From the NCBI GenBank assembly GCA_934660965.1, contig CAKUIM010000007.1:1532-65531 (forward strand): a stretch of DNA of 64,000 nt, read 5' to 3'. The stretch comes from an uncultured Oscillospiraceae bacterium (GTDB taxonomy: Bacteria > Bacillota > Clostridia > Oscillospirales > Oscillospiraceae). Both the position numbers and the translations under genes were made by a program. The first letter of the stretch is position 1, and each line of letters opens with the position of its first letter. Positions 1 to 12,199 of the stretch are shown one piece after another. Under the pieces are notes generated by a model, which worked only from the letters and a program-made list of their open reading frames with translations, was not told where the DNA came from and made no database searches.

Positions 1-1725
1 GCTGTGGATGGCGTCATAGACCGAAACATATTCCTCCGCGGGGACGGACTTGGCGCGGCCGATGCGCTCCCGGGCGCCGATGGCGAACAGCTCCGAGGTG
101 GGCGCGCCCTTCTCGATGGCGGCCCGGCAGAGCTTGTCGTAGTCGAGGATCATGGCCAGCAGCTTCTCCTGGCGGTCATAGCTGGAGAAGGAGTCCACGT
201 CCACAAAGGAGTTCTGCTGCAAAAAGTCCTCGCGAACCATCTTGGCGGACTCCAGGGTGATCTGGTCGTTGGGGGACAGGGAGTCCTTGCCCACCAGCTG
301 CACGATCTCGTTGAGGCTGGCCTCGCTCTGCAGCAGGCCCATGGCCTTCTCCCGGTTCTGCAGGAACTGCCGGCCCAGGTTCTCGTCAAACCAGGGCTTG
401 AGGGAGTCGAGGTACAGGGAGTAGGAGTTGAGCCAGTTGATGGCCGGGAAGTGGCGCTTGTAGGCAAGCTGGGCGTCCAGGGCCCAGAACACCTTGACGA
501 TACGCATGGTGCCCTGGCTCACCGGCTCGGACAGGTCGCCGCCCGGAGGGGACACGGCGCCCACCGCGGTCAGGGAGCCCCGGCGGTCGGCGTCGCTGCC
601 GATGCAGGACACGGAGCCCGCCCGCTCGTAGAACTGGGCCAGGCGGGAGGCCAGGTACGCAGGGTAGCCCTCTTCGCCGGGCATCTCTTCCAGGCGGCCG
701 GACATCTCGCGCAGGGCCTCGGCCCAGCGGGAGGTGGAGTCGGCGATGACGGCCACGTCATAGCCCATGTCCCGGAAGTACTCGGCAATGGTGATGCCGG
801 TGTAGATGGACGCCTCGCGGGCGGCCACCGGCATATCGGAGGTGTTGGCGATGAGGACGGTGCGCTTCATCAGCGTCTCGCCGGTGCGCGGGTCGATAAG
901 CTCGGGGAACTCGCGCAGAACGTCGGTCATCTCGTTGCCGCGCTCGCCGCAGCCGATGTAGATCACGATGTCCACATCAGACCACTTGGCCAGCGCGTGC
1001 TGCATCACCGTCTTGCCCGAGCCGAAGGGGCCGGGGATGGCGGCGGTGCCGCCCTTGGCCACGGGGAAGAACGTATCCACGATACGCTGCCCGGAGGACA
1101 GGGGCCGGGTGGGGGGGAACTTGTTCTTGTAGGGCCGGCCGGTCCGGACGGGCCAGCGCTGGCTCATAGTCAGCTCCACCTCGGTGCCGTCGTCCTTCAC
1201 CAGCACGGCGATGGGGGTCTTGACGTTGTAAGAGCCGGCCGCGGCCACGCTCTTGAGGGTGCCCTTCAGGGCGGGGGGCACCATGATTTTGTGGAGCACC
1301 ACGGCGGTCTCGGGGACGGTGCCCAGGATGTCGCCGCCGGTGACGCGGTCGCCCGCCTTGGCCACGGGAGTGAACTCCCACAGCTTCTCCTGGTCGATGG
1401 CGGGCACCTCCACGCCGCGGGGCAGGTTGTTGCCCTGCACCTTTTTCATGATCTCCTCCAGCGGGCGCTGGATACCGTCATAAATGTTCTCGATCATACC
1501 CGGGCCCAGCTCCACGCTCATGGGGTACCCGGTGGTTTCCACCTCGGCGCCGGGGCCGAGGCCAGAGGTCTCTTCGTACACCTGAATGTTGGCGGTATCG
1601 CCCTTCATGGTCAGGATCTCGCCGATCAGGCGCTGGGGGCCCACACGGACCACGTCGGACATGTTGGCGTCCGCAAGGCCGGTGGCCACCACCAGCGGGC
1701 CGGAGACCTTCACTACTTTACCCAT
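1..1725 (-). CDS. ntpA: V/A-type ATP synthase catalytic subunit A, truncated by the left window edge (C-terminal residues missing)
   Basis: Not in the ORF track because no stop lies inside the window. Hand reverse-translation from ATG 1725..1723 gives [29 protein letters not shown]..., Walker [21 protein letters not shown] and [29 protein letters not shown]. Open to position 1 (575 codons). Follows the F-subunit gene as in the ntpFIKECGABD order. Confidence 0.93.
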   Translation of the reverse strand, partial: MGKVVKVSGPLVVATGLADANMSDVVRVGPQRLIGEILTMKGDTANIQVYEETSGLGPGAEVETTGYPMSVELGPGMIENIYDGIQRPLEEIMKKVQGNNLPRGVEVPAIDQEKLWEFTPVAKAGDRVTGGDILGTVPETAVVLHKIMVPPALKGTLKSVAAAGSYNVKTPIAVLVKDDGTEVELTMSQRWPVRTGRPYKNKFPPTRPLSSGQRIVDTFFPVAKGGTAAIPGPFGSGKTVMQHALAKWSDVDIVIYIGCGERGNEMTDVLREFPELIDPRTGETLMKRTVLIANTSDMPVAAREASIYTGITIAEYFRDMGYDVAVIADSTSRWAEALREMSGRLEEMPGEEGYPAYLASRLAQFYERAGSVSCIGSDADRRGSLTAVGAVSPPGGDLSEPVSQGTMRIVKVFWALDAQLAYKRHFPAINWLNSYSLYLDSLKPWFDENLGRQFLQNREKAMGLLQSEASLNEIVQLVGKDSLSPNDQITLESAKMVREDFLQQNSFVDVDSFSSYDRQEKLLAMILDYDKLCRAAIEKGAPTSELFAIGARERIGRAKSVPAEEYVSVYDAIHS

Positions 1726-1777
1726 AGATGTCTAACCTTCTTTCATAAGAGGTTGTGTCTGATTGCTGTCACGCTCG

Positions 1778-1877
1778 CCTCAAGGCTCCCTTGTGTAAAG
1801 GGAGCTGTCCGCCTCAGGGTTGACTGAGGGATTGTGCGCGCGTCTGGCGCGCCGCTGGCTCTCTCTGACGAGGGAGG
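1778..1877. repeat. Composite palindromic intergenic repeat unit (same family as 13928-14201 and 25626-25757)
   Basis: CCTCAAGGCTCCC-loop-GGGAGCTGTC, CCTCAGGGTTGACTGAGGG, ATTGTGCGCGC and the CTCTCTCTGACGAGGGAG hairpin are colinear with the 13934-14026 unit. The block is flanked by the perfect 12-mer TGCTGTCACGCT at 1764-1775 and 1899-1910. Confidence 0.75.
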
Positions 1878-2037
1878 CTTAGGACGGCCCGCGCCTTGTG
1901 CTGTCACGCTGCGGGCTGGACACGCGGCCGGGTCGCTTTCACTCCGTCTCGGGCAAAATACGGCTTTGCTTCGCAAATCCTGGTTTTTTGCCCTCGCTCC
2001 GCTCCAAGCTCCCCTGCGTGTCTGCCCTCCGCGCTTC

Positions 2038-2352
2038 TTATAAAATGTCTGCGCCCACGGCCCGCTCCACGGCCTGCTTGATGTTGCGCATGCCGATGCC
2101 CAGGCTGCCTTCCTTCCCGGGGATGAGGATAATGGCCGGGGTCAGGGAATCCTTGAACCGGGCGATGTCCGCCTCCATCTGGGCGGCGAACTGCTCGGTG
2201 AGGTACACAACGGCGTAGTCCTCCTTGGCAAGGCGGTGGAGGATGACGCGGGCCTCGTCTGCCGTCTGCGCCGGGAAGGTGTCAAGCCCCAGGGCCTTGA
2301 AGCCCAGGACGCTGTCCTTGTCGCCCAGCACGGCGATCTTATAGCTTGCCAT
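2038..2352 (-). CDS. ntpG: V/A-type ATP synthase subunit F (E. hirae NtpG equivalent)
   Basis: 104 aa, MASYKIAVLGDKDSVLGFKALGLD...VVYLTEQFA...PAIILIPG, typical of small subunit F. Position between the C and A genes. Confidence 0.85.
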   Translation of the reverse strand: MASYKIAVLGDKDSVLGFKALGLDTFPAQTADEARVILHRLAKEDYAVVYLTEQFAAQMEADIARFKDSLTPAIILIPGKEGSLGIGMRNIKQAVERAVGADIL

Positions 2353-2365
2353 CTCTCACCCCTCC

Positions 2366-3364
2366 TTACGCGTAGGTGCGGCGCAGCCGCTGCCGGATGG
2401 TCTCCCGGTCAAGGCCGGCCAGCCGTCCGTTCATGATGATGCGCACGGCGGTCATCTCCGCCTCCCGGGCGTAGAGATAGCCAATCACCGGCTGCTCCCC
2501 GAAGGGGGCCATCCGGGCGCCGTCCAGGTAGCTCATCACCGCGTCGTCGCACAGCCGCTCAAAATCGGTGAGCGCGCCGCTGCCGGGTGCGGAGAGGGCC
2601 GCGCCCGCCTTGGCCGCCTCGGCCAGGGGGCCGCTGTGGTACACGTTGCCCAGGTCCTCTCCCCGGGCGGCGGCCACCGTCTGGTCGCTGACATTGCCGC
2701 CGGGGGCCAGCACCTGGCTCAGGAACTCCCGGCCCTTTCCAAGGCGGGACGCCCGCACGGCGGAGCGCAGGTTGGCGCAGTCGATAAGCAGCGCCACATA
2801 GCCCCGGAGGAACCTGCTGTCCGTCCCCTGGGCAAGGCTCGCCAGCTCCTCAAAATAGGCCTTGTCCAGCACAAAGTCCGCAAGCTGCGGGTCGCCGGTG
2901 GAGCCGAGCACCTCCCGGGCGCGCTCCACGGCCCGCCGGAAAATCTCGCTGCACCGGTTCAGATCCTCCCGGGCAAAATCCTGGGACAGGGCCTCCGGGT
3001 CATACCGGCCGCCCCAGAGCATCAGCCCATCGGCCGTAGTATGCAGCGCCTCGGCCTTTACAAGGGTCTTGGCGTTATGATAATCGTAGCGCACGCGGAA
3101 TACATCCACCACCGTCTTGTCGGGCACGCTGGCGCTCAAATCCGCCATGGTCTCCTTCTGCTTCTGGGCCAGGGCGCGCTCCACGCCGTCGCCGGTGAGC
3201 TCGGAAAGCTCGGGGTAGCCGCACTCCGTGAGGACCTTGGCCGCCTCTTCGTTGGTGGCAGCGTCCAGCATCCGCTCGATGCGCTCCCGGGTGAGCAGGC
3301 CCCGTTCCATTGCCTTGACCCGGGTGGAAATAAAGACATAGTCAATATCCTTGGTCTGCTTCAA
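2366..3364 (-). CDS. ntpC: V/A-type ATP synthase subunit C (eukaryotic d homologue)
   Basis: 332 aa helical protein. YVFISTRVKAMERGLL start and a YLYAREAEMTAVRIIMNG C-terminal motif are typical of the family. Operon position between E and F. Confidence 0.85.
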   Translation of the reverse strand: MKQTKDIDYVFISTRVKAMERGLLTRERIERMLDAATNEEAAKVLTECGYPELSELTGDGVERALAQKQKETMADLSASVPDKTVVDVFRVRYDYHNAKTLVKAEALHTTADGLMLWGGRYDPEALSQDFAREDLNRCSEIFRRAVERAREVLGSTGDPQLADFVLDKAYFEELASLAQGTDSRFLRGYVALLIDCANLRSAVRASRLGKGREFLSQVLAPGGNVSDQTVAAARGEDLGNVYHSGPLAEAAKAGAALSAPGSGALTDFERLCDDAVMSYLDGARMAPFGEQPVIGYLYAREAEMTAVRIIMNGRLAGLDRETIRQRLRRTYA

Positions 3365-3385
3365 AGGGTCTCCCCTCCTTCCTCG

Positions 3386-4072
3386 TCACGGAAACAGCAC
3401 AGCAGATACTTCGCCGGTGATGTCCGCTTTCTTCATCCGGATCAGCGCGTCAAAGCTGCAATTGACCTCTACCGCGCCGTCGCTCAAAACGAAGCCGCCG
3501 TCGATGGGCCGGGTCTCCTCGGCCAGGGTGAGCATGCCCGTGCCGTTGAGCAGGGCAGACGCGCCGGTGACCACCCGGTCCAGGATGGTGCCCGCCCGGG
3601 AGTCGGTGACCTCGTCGGGCAGCTTGGGGGCCACGGCCTTGGCAAGGCGCTCGTTGGCGGCAAGCACCACGGCCTTGCCCACCCGGGCCCGGTCCGCCGG
3701 GGAGAAGATCAGCTTCTCCCGTCCGGTGGTGGAAGCCTCCACCGCCAGGCGCACCAGCAGCTCCACATAGTCCGCCTCGGGCAGCGCCCGCAGCTTCTTC
3801 TGGGCCAGCGCGAAGGCCTCTTCAATGACCTCCTGCTTCCCCGCCAGATTCTCCTTGCGGCACTCCAGCTGGGCCACCGAGTCAAGCCGGCCGCCCCGCT
3901 CCGCCGCGGCCTTGCGGCCCTTGGAGAGGATCTCTTCCGCCTCGGCGCTGGCCTGGGCGGCGTACTTGGCGGTGATGGCCTGGGCCTGCTCGTTGGCCTG
4001 GGCCAGGATGCCGTCGATCTCGCCCTTGGCGTCGCCGCCGATGCGGTCGATGATCTTATCAATACCGTTCAT
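3386..4072 (-). CDS. ntpE: V/A-type ATP synthase subunit E (peripheral stalk)
   Basis: 228 aa. N-terminal Ala/Glu/Lys-rich coiled coil (IIDRIGGDAKGEIDGILAQANEQAQAITAKY) plus a globular C-terminus. Synteny K-E-C. Confidence 0.8.
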   Translation of the reverse strand: MNGIDKIIDRIGGDAKGEIDGILAQANEQAQAITAKYAAQASAEAEEILSKGRKAAAERGGRLDSVAQLECRKENLAGKQEVIEEAFALAQKKLRALPEADYVELLVRLAVEASTTGREKLIFSPADRARVGKAVVLAANERLAKAVAPKLPDEVTDSRAGTILDRVVTGASALLNGTGMLTLAEETRPIDGGFVLSDGAVEVNCSFDALIRMKKADITGEVSAVLFP

Positions 4073-4110
4073 ATTTCATACCAGCCTTTCTGGTCGTCTC
4101 TGCCGTCGGC

Positions 4111-6582
<2,472 letters not shown>

Positions 6583-6583
<1 letters not shown>

Positions 6584-6897
6584 CAGAGATTCACTACCCT
6601 TCTCACGATGAGATCCGCAGCCTCTTCCAGATGTGTGCGCGCCTGGCTTTTCATCCCGGCGCACGCCTGGGCGTTGGCCGCAAGCGTCTGCTCAGACTGG
6701 GCCTTGGCCTGGGCCTCCGCCTGGGCCAGCAGCTGTTTGACCTGGGCCTCTGCCTCGGCCCGGGCCTTTTCCACTGCTGCGGTGCCCGCCTTCTCGGCTG
6801 CCGCGATGATCTGCTTTGCCTGCGCCTGGGCCGCAGCCTTCTCGTCCTTGGCGCTGCGCTCGGCATCCATCACCTTCTGAATATCCTCATAGGACAT
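6583..6897 (-). CDS. ntpF: Small coiled-coil V-ATPase stalk subunit (G/H-like; E. hirae NtpF position)
   Basis: Trimmed from track ORF 6583..7077 to MSYEDIQKVMDAERSAKDEKAAAQAQAKQ..., preceded by AAGAAAGAGGGTGAG. 104 aa Ala/Glu/Lys/Gln-rich helix. First gene of the operon. Confidence 0.7.
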
Positions 6898-6970
6898 TGT
6901 CTCACCCTCTTTCTTTTTTAGAAATGTCGACAAATTATCCCAAACAAAACTTTTCCCCGATTCTGACGGA

Positions 6971-6999
6971 ATTATAGCACTTTTGTCAAGCAATAGCAA
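6971..6999 (-). promoter_or_regulatory. Sigma-A type promoter of the V-ATPase operon
   Basis: On the minus strand: TTGCTA, 17 nt, TATAAT, with an extended TGc just upstream of the -10. About 70 nt upstream of the ntpF start. Confidence 0.5.
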
Positions 7000-7257
7000 G
7001 CCCATTTTGGCCGAAACAGCGAAAAACGTCACCGTTTTTTGTGAAATATAAGTGCTGCTCTTTTCTGCTTTTTGCACATTTTCTGTACCTTTTGCAAATC
7101 TATACCTATTTAATTAATACTAACCTGAATTTTTTTGATTTGCCGAAAAAATGACAATCTTTTCGTTCAAGAAATAACAATCTTTACCCTCTGCCAAAAA
7201 TATTATCCCGACCTGAAAATCAGGCAATTTTTCCCGCCGCGTATCCTCCGTGCAGAC

Positions 7258-7313
7258 TTTACAAAGACTTTACAAAAGGCGGATAACATCCTTTACCTGC
7301 CCCGGGCTATACT
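7258..7313 (+). promoter_or_regulatory. Pho-box promoter of pstS (PhoP-type direct repeats replacing a -35)
   Basis: TTTACA (7258) and TTTACA (7269) are exactly 11 bp apart. They are followed by ATAACA (7283), TTTACC (7292) and a TATACT -10 at 7308-7313. Lies upstream of the pst operon, which also encodes the PhoP/PhoR pair. Confidence 0.55.
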
Positions 7314-7364
7314 CGGCTCGTACAAGGGAATCCACCACATGAACATGAAAAGGAGATCTATGAA

Positions 7365-8285
7365 ATGAAGATCCAGAAACGCATTTTCAGCCTTGCCGCC
7401 GCGGCCGCCCTGGCCGTCGCCGCCCTCTCCGGCTGCTCCAGCGCCGGCAAGCCTTCCGATTCCGCCGCTCCCTCCGCTAATCCCTCCGGCTCCGCCGCCC
7501 CCTCCGCCAGTGCCTCCCCCATCACCGTCATCTCCCGGGAAGAGGGCTCGGGTACCCGGGGCGCCTTTGTGGAGCTCCTGGGCATCGAGACCGCCGACGG
7601 CGACGGCACCACCGACAACGCCGAGATCGCCAACTCCACCTCTCTGGTGCAGAGCACGGTAGCCGGCAACAAGGCCGCCATCGGCTACATCTCCCTGGGC
7701 TCCTATGACGCGTCCGTGGTCAAGGCCCTGAAGGTGGACGGCGTGGAGCCCACCGTGGACAACATCAAGGCCGGCAAGTACGCCGTGGCCCGCCCCTTCA
7801 ACATCTGCTATAAGGAAGAGAACCTCACCGACCTGGGCCGGGACTTCGTCTCCTTTATCATGAGCGCCGATGGCCAGGCCATCCTCTCCGCCAAGGGCTA
7901 CATTGCCGCGGATGAGTCCGCCAAGCCCTACGCCGCCGCGGGCCTGACCGGCGCGCTGAGCGTCAACGGCTCCACCAGCGTGGGCCCCGTGATGGAGAAG
8001 CTGGCCGAGACCTATATGGAGCTCAACGCCGGCGTCACCATCGACATCCAGCAGACCGGCTCCGGCACCGGCATCACCTCCACCATTGACGGCTCCTGCG
8101 AGATCGGCATGAGCTCCCGGGCCCTCAAGGACGAAGAGCTCTCCCAGGGCCTCACCCCCGTGACCATCGCCATGGACGGCATCGCGGTGATCGTCAGCCT
8201 GGAGAACACGGTGGACGGCCTGACCTCCGAGCAGATCCGCCAGATCTACACCGGCGAGCTCACCGACTGGAACAGCGTAGGCTGA
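7365..8285 (+). CDS. pstS: Phosphate ABC transporter substrate-binding lipoprotein PstS
   Basis: Lipobox LSGCSS, then a Ser/Ala/Pro linker. SREEGSGTRGAF and QQTGSGTG phosphate-binding-type motifs. Precedes pstCAB. Confidence 0.9.
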   Translation: MKIQKRIFSLAAAAALAVAALSGCSSAGKPSDSAAPSANPSGSAAPSASASPITVISREEGSGTRGAFVELLGIETADGDGTTDNAEIANSTSLVQSTVAGNKAAIGYISLGSYDASVVKALKVDGVEPTVDNIKAGKYAVARPFNICYKEENLTDLGRDFVSFIMSADGQAILSAKGYIAADESAKPYAAAGLTGALSVNGSTSVGPVMEKLAETYMELNAGVTIDIQQTGSGTGITSTIDGSCEIGMSSRALKDEELSQGLTPVTIAMDGIAVIVSLENTVDGLTSEQIRQIYTGELTDWNSVG

Positions 8286-8308
8286 TCAAAAACTGCACAA
8301 GCGGCGTC

Positions 8309-8330
8309 AGGGGCGGGTTCTCCCGCCCTT
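8309..8330 (+). other. Intercistronic hairpin between pstS and pstC
   Basis: GGGCGGG-TTCT-CCCGCCC stem-loop in the 91-nt pstS-pstC gap with a weak T tract. Could be a partial terminator or mRNA stabiliser, as is common after binding-protein genes. Confidence 0.3.
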
Positions 8331-8376
8331 GCCGCCGTATCCGCACACCCGGTCGTCCCGGGAGAGAGGAGCCCCT

Positions 8377-9225
8377 ATGGCACGCTTCAAAGAAACCGCC
8401 ATGCACATCGTCTTTCTCATCACCGCCTGCGTCTCCATCGCCGCCGTGGCCCTCATCTGCGTATACCTGCTGGGCAACGGCATCCCCACCATCGCCGAGA
8501 TCGGCCCGTCCAACTTCTTCGGCTCCGTCTGGAAGCCCGCCAAGGACCTCTATGGCATCTTCCCCTTCATCATCGGCTCCATCTACGCCACCGCCGGGGC
8601 TATCGTGGTGGGGGTGCCCGTGGGGGTGCTGTGCGCCGTGTTCCTTGCCTACTTCTGCCCCCGCTGGCTCTACCGCATTCTGAATCCCGCGGTGCGCCTC
8701 ATGGCGGGCGTACCCTCCATCGTCTACGGCTTCTGGGGACTGATGGTCATCGTCCCCGCCGTGCAGCGCCTTACCGGCACCTCGGGCAAGGGCCTGCTCA
8801 CCGCCTCGCTGCTGCTGGGCGTCATGATATTGCCCACCATCATCGGCACCGCGGAGCCCGCTCTGCGGGCCGTCCCCCGCAGCTATTACGAGGGGTCGCT
8901 GGCCCTGGGCGCCACCCATGAGCGCAGCGTTTTTTCCGCCGTGTTCCCCGCCGCCCGCTCGGGCGTGCTGTCCGGCGTCATCCTGGGCATCGGCCGGGCC
9001 ATCGGCGAAACCATGGCCGTCATCATGGTGGCCGGCAACCAGACCCGCATGCCCGGCGGGCTGCTGGACGGCCTGCGCACCATGACGGCCAACATCGTGC
9101 TCGAAATGGGCTACTCCACCGGCCTCCACCGCCGGGCCCTCATCGCCACCGGCGTGGTGCTCTTCGTGTTCATTCTCATCATCAACACCTGCTTCTCCCT
9201 GCTCAAACGGAGGGACCGCACATGA
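8377..9225 (+). CDS. pstC: Phosphate ABC transporter permease PstC
   Basis: Start trimmed to MARFKETAMHIVFL after GGGAGAGAGGAG. Multi-TM, with the EAA-type loop ...YYEGSLALGATHERSVF. Confidence 0.9.
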   Translation: MARFKETAMHIVFLITACVSIAAVALICVYLLGNGIPTIAEIGPSNFFGSVWKPAKDLYGIFPFIIGSIYATAGAIVVGVPVGVLCAVFLAYFCPRWLYRILNPAVRLMAGVPSIVYGFWGLMVIVPAVQRLTGTSGKGLLTASLLLGVMILPTIIGTAEPALRAVPRSYYEGSLALGATHERSVFSAVFPAARSGVLSGVILGIGRAIGETMAVIMVAGNQTRMPGGLLDGLRTMTANIVLEMGYSTGLHRRALIATGVVLFVFILIINTCFSLLKRRDRT

Positions 9226-10136
9226 AGCATACGGAAAAAAACGCTGTCCCCGCCGCCCTGCCCCGCCACGCAAAGCTTGCCGCCGCAGTGCAGCGCACCC
9301 TGGTGTGGCTGGCCGCCGTCCTCACCATGGCGGTCATCGCGCTCATCGCGGGCTATATCCTGGTCACCGGCGTCCCCAACCTCTCGCCGGACCTCTTCGC
9401 CTGGAAGTTCACCACCGAAAATCAGTCCATGATGCCCGCCATCGTCAACACCCTGTGCATGACCGTTCTGTCCCTCCTGATGGCCGCCCCCATCGGCATC
9501 GGCGGCGCCGTCTATATGGTAGAGTACGCCCATCGGGGCAACCGCCTGGTGCGCCTGGTGCGCCTGACGGCGGAGACCCTCTCGGGCATCCCCTCCATCA
9601 TCTACGGCCTGTTCGGCATGATGTTCTTCAACATTCTGCTCCACTGGGGCTACTCCATGCTCTCCGGCTGTGTGACCCTGGCCATCATGATCTTGCCCCT
9701 CATCCTACGCACCACGGAGGAGGCCCTGCTCTCCGTCCCCGACAGCTACCGGGAGGGCTCCTTCGGCCTTGGCGCGGGCAAGCTGCGCACGGTGTTCAGC
9801 GTCATCCTGCCGGCGGCCATGCCGGGCATCCTCTCGGGCATCATCCTGGCCATCGGCCGCATCGTGGGCGAGAGCGCCGCCCTCATCTTCACCGCCGGCA
9901 CCGGCAAGGAGAACCTGCGCTTCGGCCAGACGGGCAACTTCTTCAAAGACCTCTTCGCCCCCCTCTTCCAGTCCACCCGCACCCTGTCGGTGCACATGTA
10001 CACCCAGATGAGCGAGGGCCTCTATATGCGCCAGGCCCAGGCCACCGCCGTGGTGCTGCTCGCGCTGGTGGTCGTGGTCAACGCACTCTCCAGCTTCCTT
10101 GCCAAAAAACTTTCAAGGGGGAACGAACATGGATAA
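9222..10136 (+). CDS. pstA: Phosphate ABC transporter permease PstA
   Basis: ATGA overlap with pstC. Multi-[30 protein letters not shown] motif. Confidence 0.9.
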   Translation: MKHTEKNAVPAALPRHAKLAAAVQRTLVWLAAVLTMAVIALIAGYILVTGVPNLSPDLFAWKFTTENQSMMPAIVNTLCMTVLSLLMAAPIGIGGAVYMVEYAHRGNRLVRLVRLTAETLSGIPSIIYGLFGMMFFNILLHWGYSMLSGCVTLAIMILPLILRTTEEALLSVPDSYREGSFGLGAGKLRTVFSVILPAAMPGILSGIILAIGRIVGESAALIFTAGTGKENLRFGQTGNFFKDLFAPLFQSTRTLSVHMYTQMSEGLYMRQAQATAVVLLALVVVVNALSSFLAKKLSRGNEHG

Positions 10137-10878
10137 GATCACCGTCTCCGACCTCAATCTGTATTACGGCGACTTTCACGCCCTGAAAAACATCAACCTC
10201 AACATCCCCGCCGGCGAGATCACCGCCCTCATCGGCCCCTCGGGCTGCGGCAAATCCACCCTGCTCAAAAGCCTCAACCGCATGAACGACCTGGTGGAGA
10301 ACTGCCGCATCACCGGCTCTGTGCAGCTCGACGGCACCGAGATCTACGGCGGCATGGATGTCAACCTGCTGCGCAAGCGGGTGGGCATGGTCTTTCAGAA
10401 GCCCAACCCCTTCCCCATGAGCGTGTACGACAACATCGCCTACGGCCCCCGCACCCACGGCATCCGCTCCAAGGCAAAGCTGGACGAGATTGTAGAGCGC
10501 AGCCTCACCCAGGCCGCCATCTGGGGCGAGGTAAAGGACCGCCTGAAAAAAAGCGCCCTGGGCCTGTCCGGCGGGCAGCAGCAGCGGCTGTGCATCGCCC
10601 GGGCCCTGGCGGTAGAGCCCGAGGTGCTGCTCATGGACGAGAGCACCTCCGCCCTGGACCCCATCTCCACCGGCAAGATCGAAGAGCTTGCGCTGGAATT
10701 GAAAAAACAGTATACTATTGTTATCGTGACCCACAACATGCAGCAGGCGGTGCGCATCTCGGACAATACCGCCTTCTTCCTCCTGGGCGAGATGGTGGAG
10801 TTCGGCTCCACCGAGAAAATTTTCTCCATGCCCGCCGACAAGCGCACCGAGGACTACATTACGGGGAGGTTTGGATGA
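10129..10878 (+). CDS. pstB: Phosphate ABC transporter ATP-binding protein PstB
   Basis: Start trimmed to [20 protein letters not shown]. Walker [10 protein letters not shown], signature LSGGQQQRL, Walker [12 protein letters not shown]. Confidence 0.93.
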   Translation: MDKITVSDLNLYYGDFHALKNINLNIPAGEITALIGPSGCGKSTLLKSLNRMNDLVENCRITGSVQLDGTEIYGGMDVNLLRKRVGMVFQKPNPFPMSVYDNIAYGPRTHGIRSKAKLDEIVERSLTQAAIWGEVKDRLKKSALGLSGGQQQRLCIARALAVEPEVLLMDESTSALDPISTGKIEELALELKKQYTIVIVTHNMQQAVRISDNTAFFLLGEMVEFGSTEKIFSMPADKRTEDYITGRFG

Positions 10879-11528
10879 TGAGATCAAAATTCGACCAGCA
10901 GCTGGACGCCCTCAATCACGAGCTGATTGCCACCGGCGCCCTGTGCGAAAACGCCATTGCCATGTCCGCCAAGGCCCTTGTGGCCGGGGATACCGCCCTG
11001 GCCGCCGCCGTGGGCGAGCTCTCCGCCCAGATCAACCAGAAGGAGCGGGACATCGAGGGCATGTGCATGAAGCTGCTGCTGCAGCAGCAGCCCGTGGCCC
11101 GGGACCTGCGCACCATCTCCTCCGCGCTGAAAATGGTCACCGACCTGGAGCGCATCGGCCAGCAGAGCGCCGACATCGCCGAGATCATCCTCACCGGCTG
11201 CATCCGCACCGCCAACGAGACCCCCCACATCCGGGACATGGCCATGGCCGTCATCAAAATGGTCACCGAGAGCATCGACGCCTTCGTCCGCCGGGACACC
11301 GCCCTGGCCCACGCGGTGATCGACTACGACGACGTGGTGGACGAGTGCTTCGACGCCGTCAAGGCCACCCTCATCGACCGCCTGGGCCGGGGCGAGGCCG
11401 ACGGCGAGCTCACGCTGGACCTGCTGATGATCGCCAAATACTTCGAGCGTATCGGCGACCACGCCGTCAACATCGCCCAGTGGGTGTGCTTTTCCATTAC
11501 CGGCAACCGAGAGGGGGATGCGGGATGA
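10875..11528 (+). CDS. phoU: Phosphate signalling accessory protein PhoU
   Basis: [18 protein letters not shown]..., with two PhoU repeats (ERDIEGMC..., ...[16 protein letters not shown]). ATGA overlap with the pstB stop. The longer track ORF 10590..11528 is a frame artefact. Confidence 0.9.
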   Translation: MMRSKFDQQLDALNHELIATGALCENAIAMSAKALVAGDTALAAAVGELSAQINQKERDIEGMCMKLLLQQQPVARDLRTISSALKMVTDLERIGQQSADIAEIILTGCIRTANETPHIRDMAMAVIKMVTESIDAFVRRDTALAHAVIDYDDVVDECFDAVKATLIDRLGRGEADGELTLDLLMIAKYFERIGDHAVNIAQWVCFSITGNREGDAG

Positions 11529-12199
11529 TCTGCTGCGTGGAGGACGACGACGGCATCCGCAACATGATGGTCTATGCCCTGAACGCCGCCGGTCTTGAGG
11601 CCGCGGGCTTCCCCGACGGCGAGGCCTTCTTCGCCGCGCTCTCCGGCGGGCTCGACTGCACCCTGGTGCTGCTGGACATCATGCTCCCCGGGGAGGACGG
11701 CCTGACCATCCTGCACCGGCTGCGGGGCAGGGCCGCCACCGCGTCCATCCCCGTCATTCTCGCCACCGCCCGGGGTACCGAGTACGACAAGGTCACCGGT
11801 CTTGACAGCGGGGCGGACGATTACCTTGCAAAGCCCTTCGGCATGCTGGAAATGGTGGCCCGGGTGCGCTCGGTGCTGCGCCGCTCCGCCCCGGCCCAGC
11901 CCACGCAGCTGCGCCTGGGCGCCCTGGAGCTGGACAGCGCCGCCCACACCGCCTGCGTCGGCGGCAGCCGCCTCCAGCTCACCCTCAAGGAGTATGAGCT
12001 GCTGCGGCTGTTCCTCTCCCACCCCGGCAGGGTCTTTACCCGGGAGCAGCTTCTCGCCCAGATCTGGGGTGCGGACTTTTTTGGCGAGACCCGCACGGTG
12101 GACGTCCACATCGGCACCCTGCGCGCAAAGCTTGCCGGCAGCGGCACACGCATCGAGACGGTGCGGGGCGTGGGCTACCGAATGGAGGAAGAGCCATGA
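11525..12199 (+). CDS. phoP: OmpR/PhoB-family response regulator (PhoP-like)
   Basis: [15 protein letters not shown]..., receiver Asp in LLDIMLPGEDG. Winged-helix C-terminus LTLKEYELLRLFLSHPGRVFTREQLL...TVDVHIGTLRAKL. ATGA overlap with phoU. Confidence 0.85.
   Translation: MICCVEDDDGIRNMMVYALNAAGLEAAGFPDGEAFFAALSGGLDCTLVLLDIMLPGEDGLTILHRLRGRAATASIPVILATARGTEYDKVTGLDSGADDYLAKPFGMLEMVARVRSVLRRSAPAQPTQLRLGALELDSAAHTACVGGSRLQLTLKEYELLRLFLSHPGRVFTREQLLAQIWGADFFGETRTVDVHIGTLRAKLAGSGTRIETVRGVGYRMEEEP

Noticed and set aside
4-1827. 607-aa plus-strand ORF covering the left end of the window
   Set aside because: Its translation is low-complexity Gly/Ala/His/Arg/Leu-rich with no family resemblance. 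The opposite strand encodes an unmistakable V-ATPase A subunit (Walker A and other motifs). It is a typical stop-free antisense frame in GC-rich DNA.
7135-7368. 77-aa plus-strand ORF in the AT-rich gap before pstS
   Set aside because: It has a TTG start and no RBS. Its codon usage is AT-rich, unlike every credible gene in the window. It runs through the Pho-box promoter and the pstS RBS. Most likely non-coding promoter DNA.
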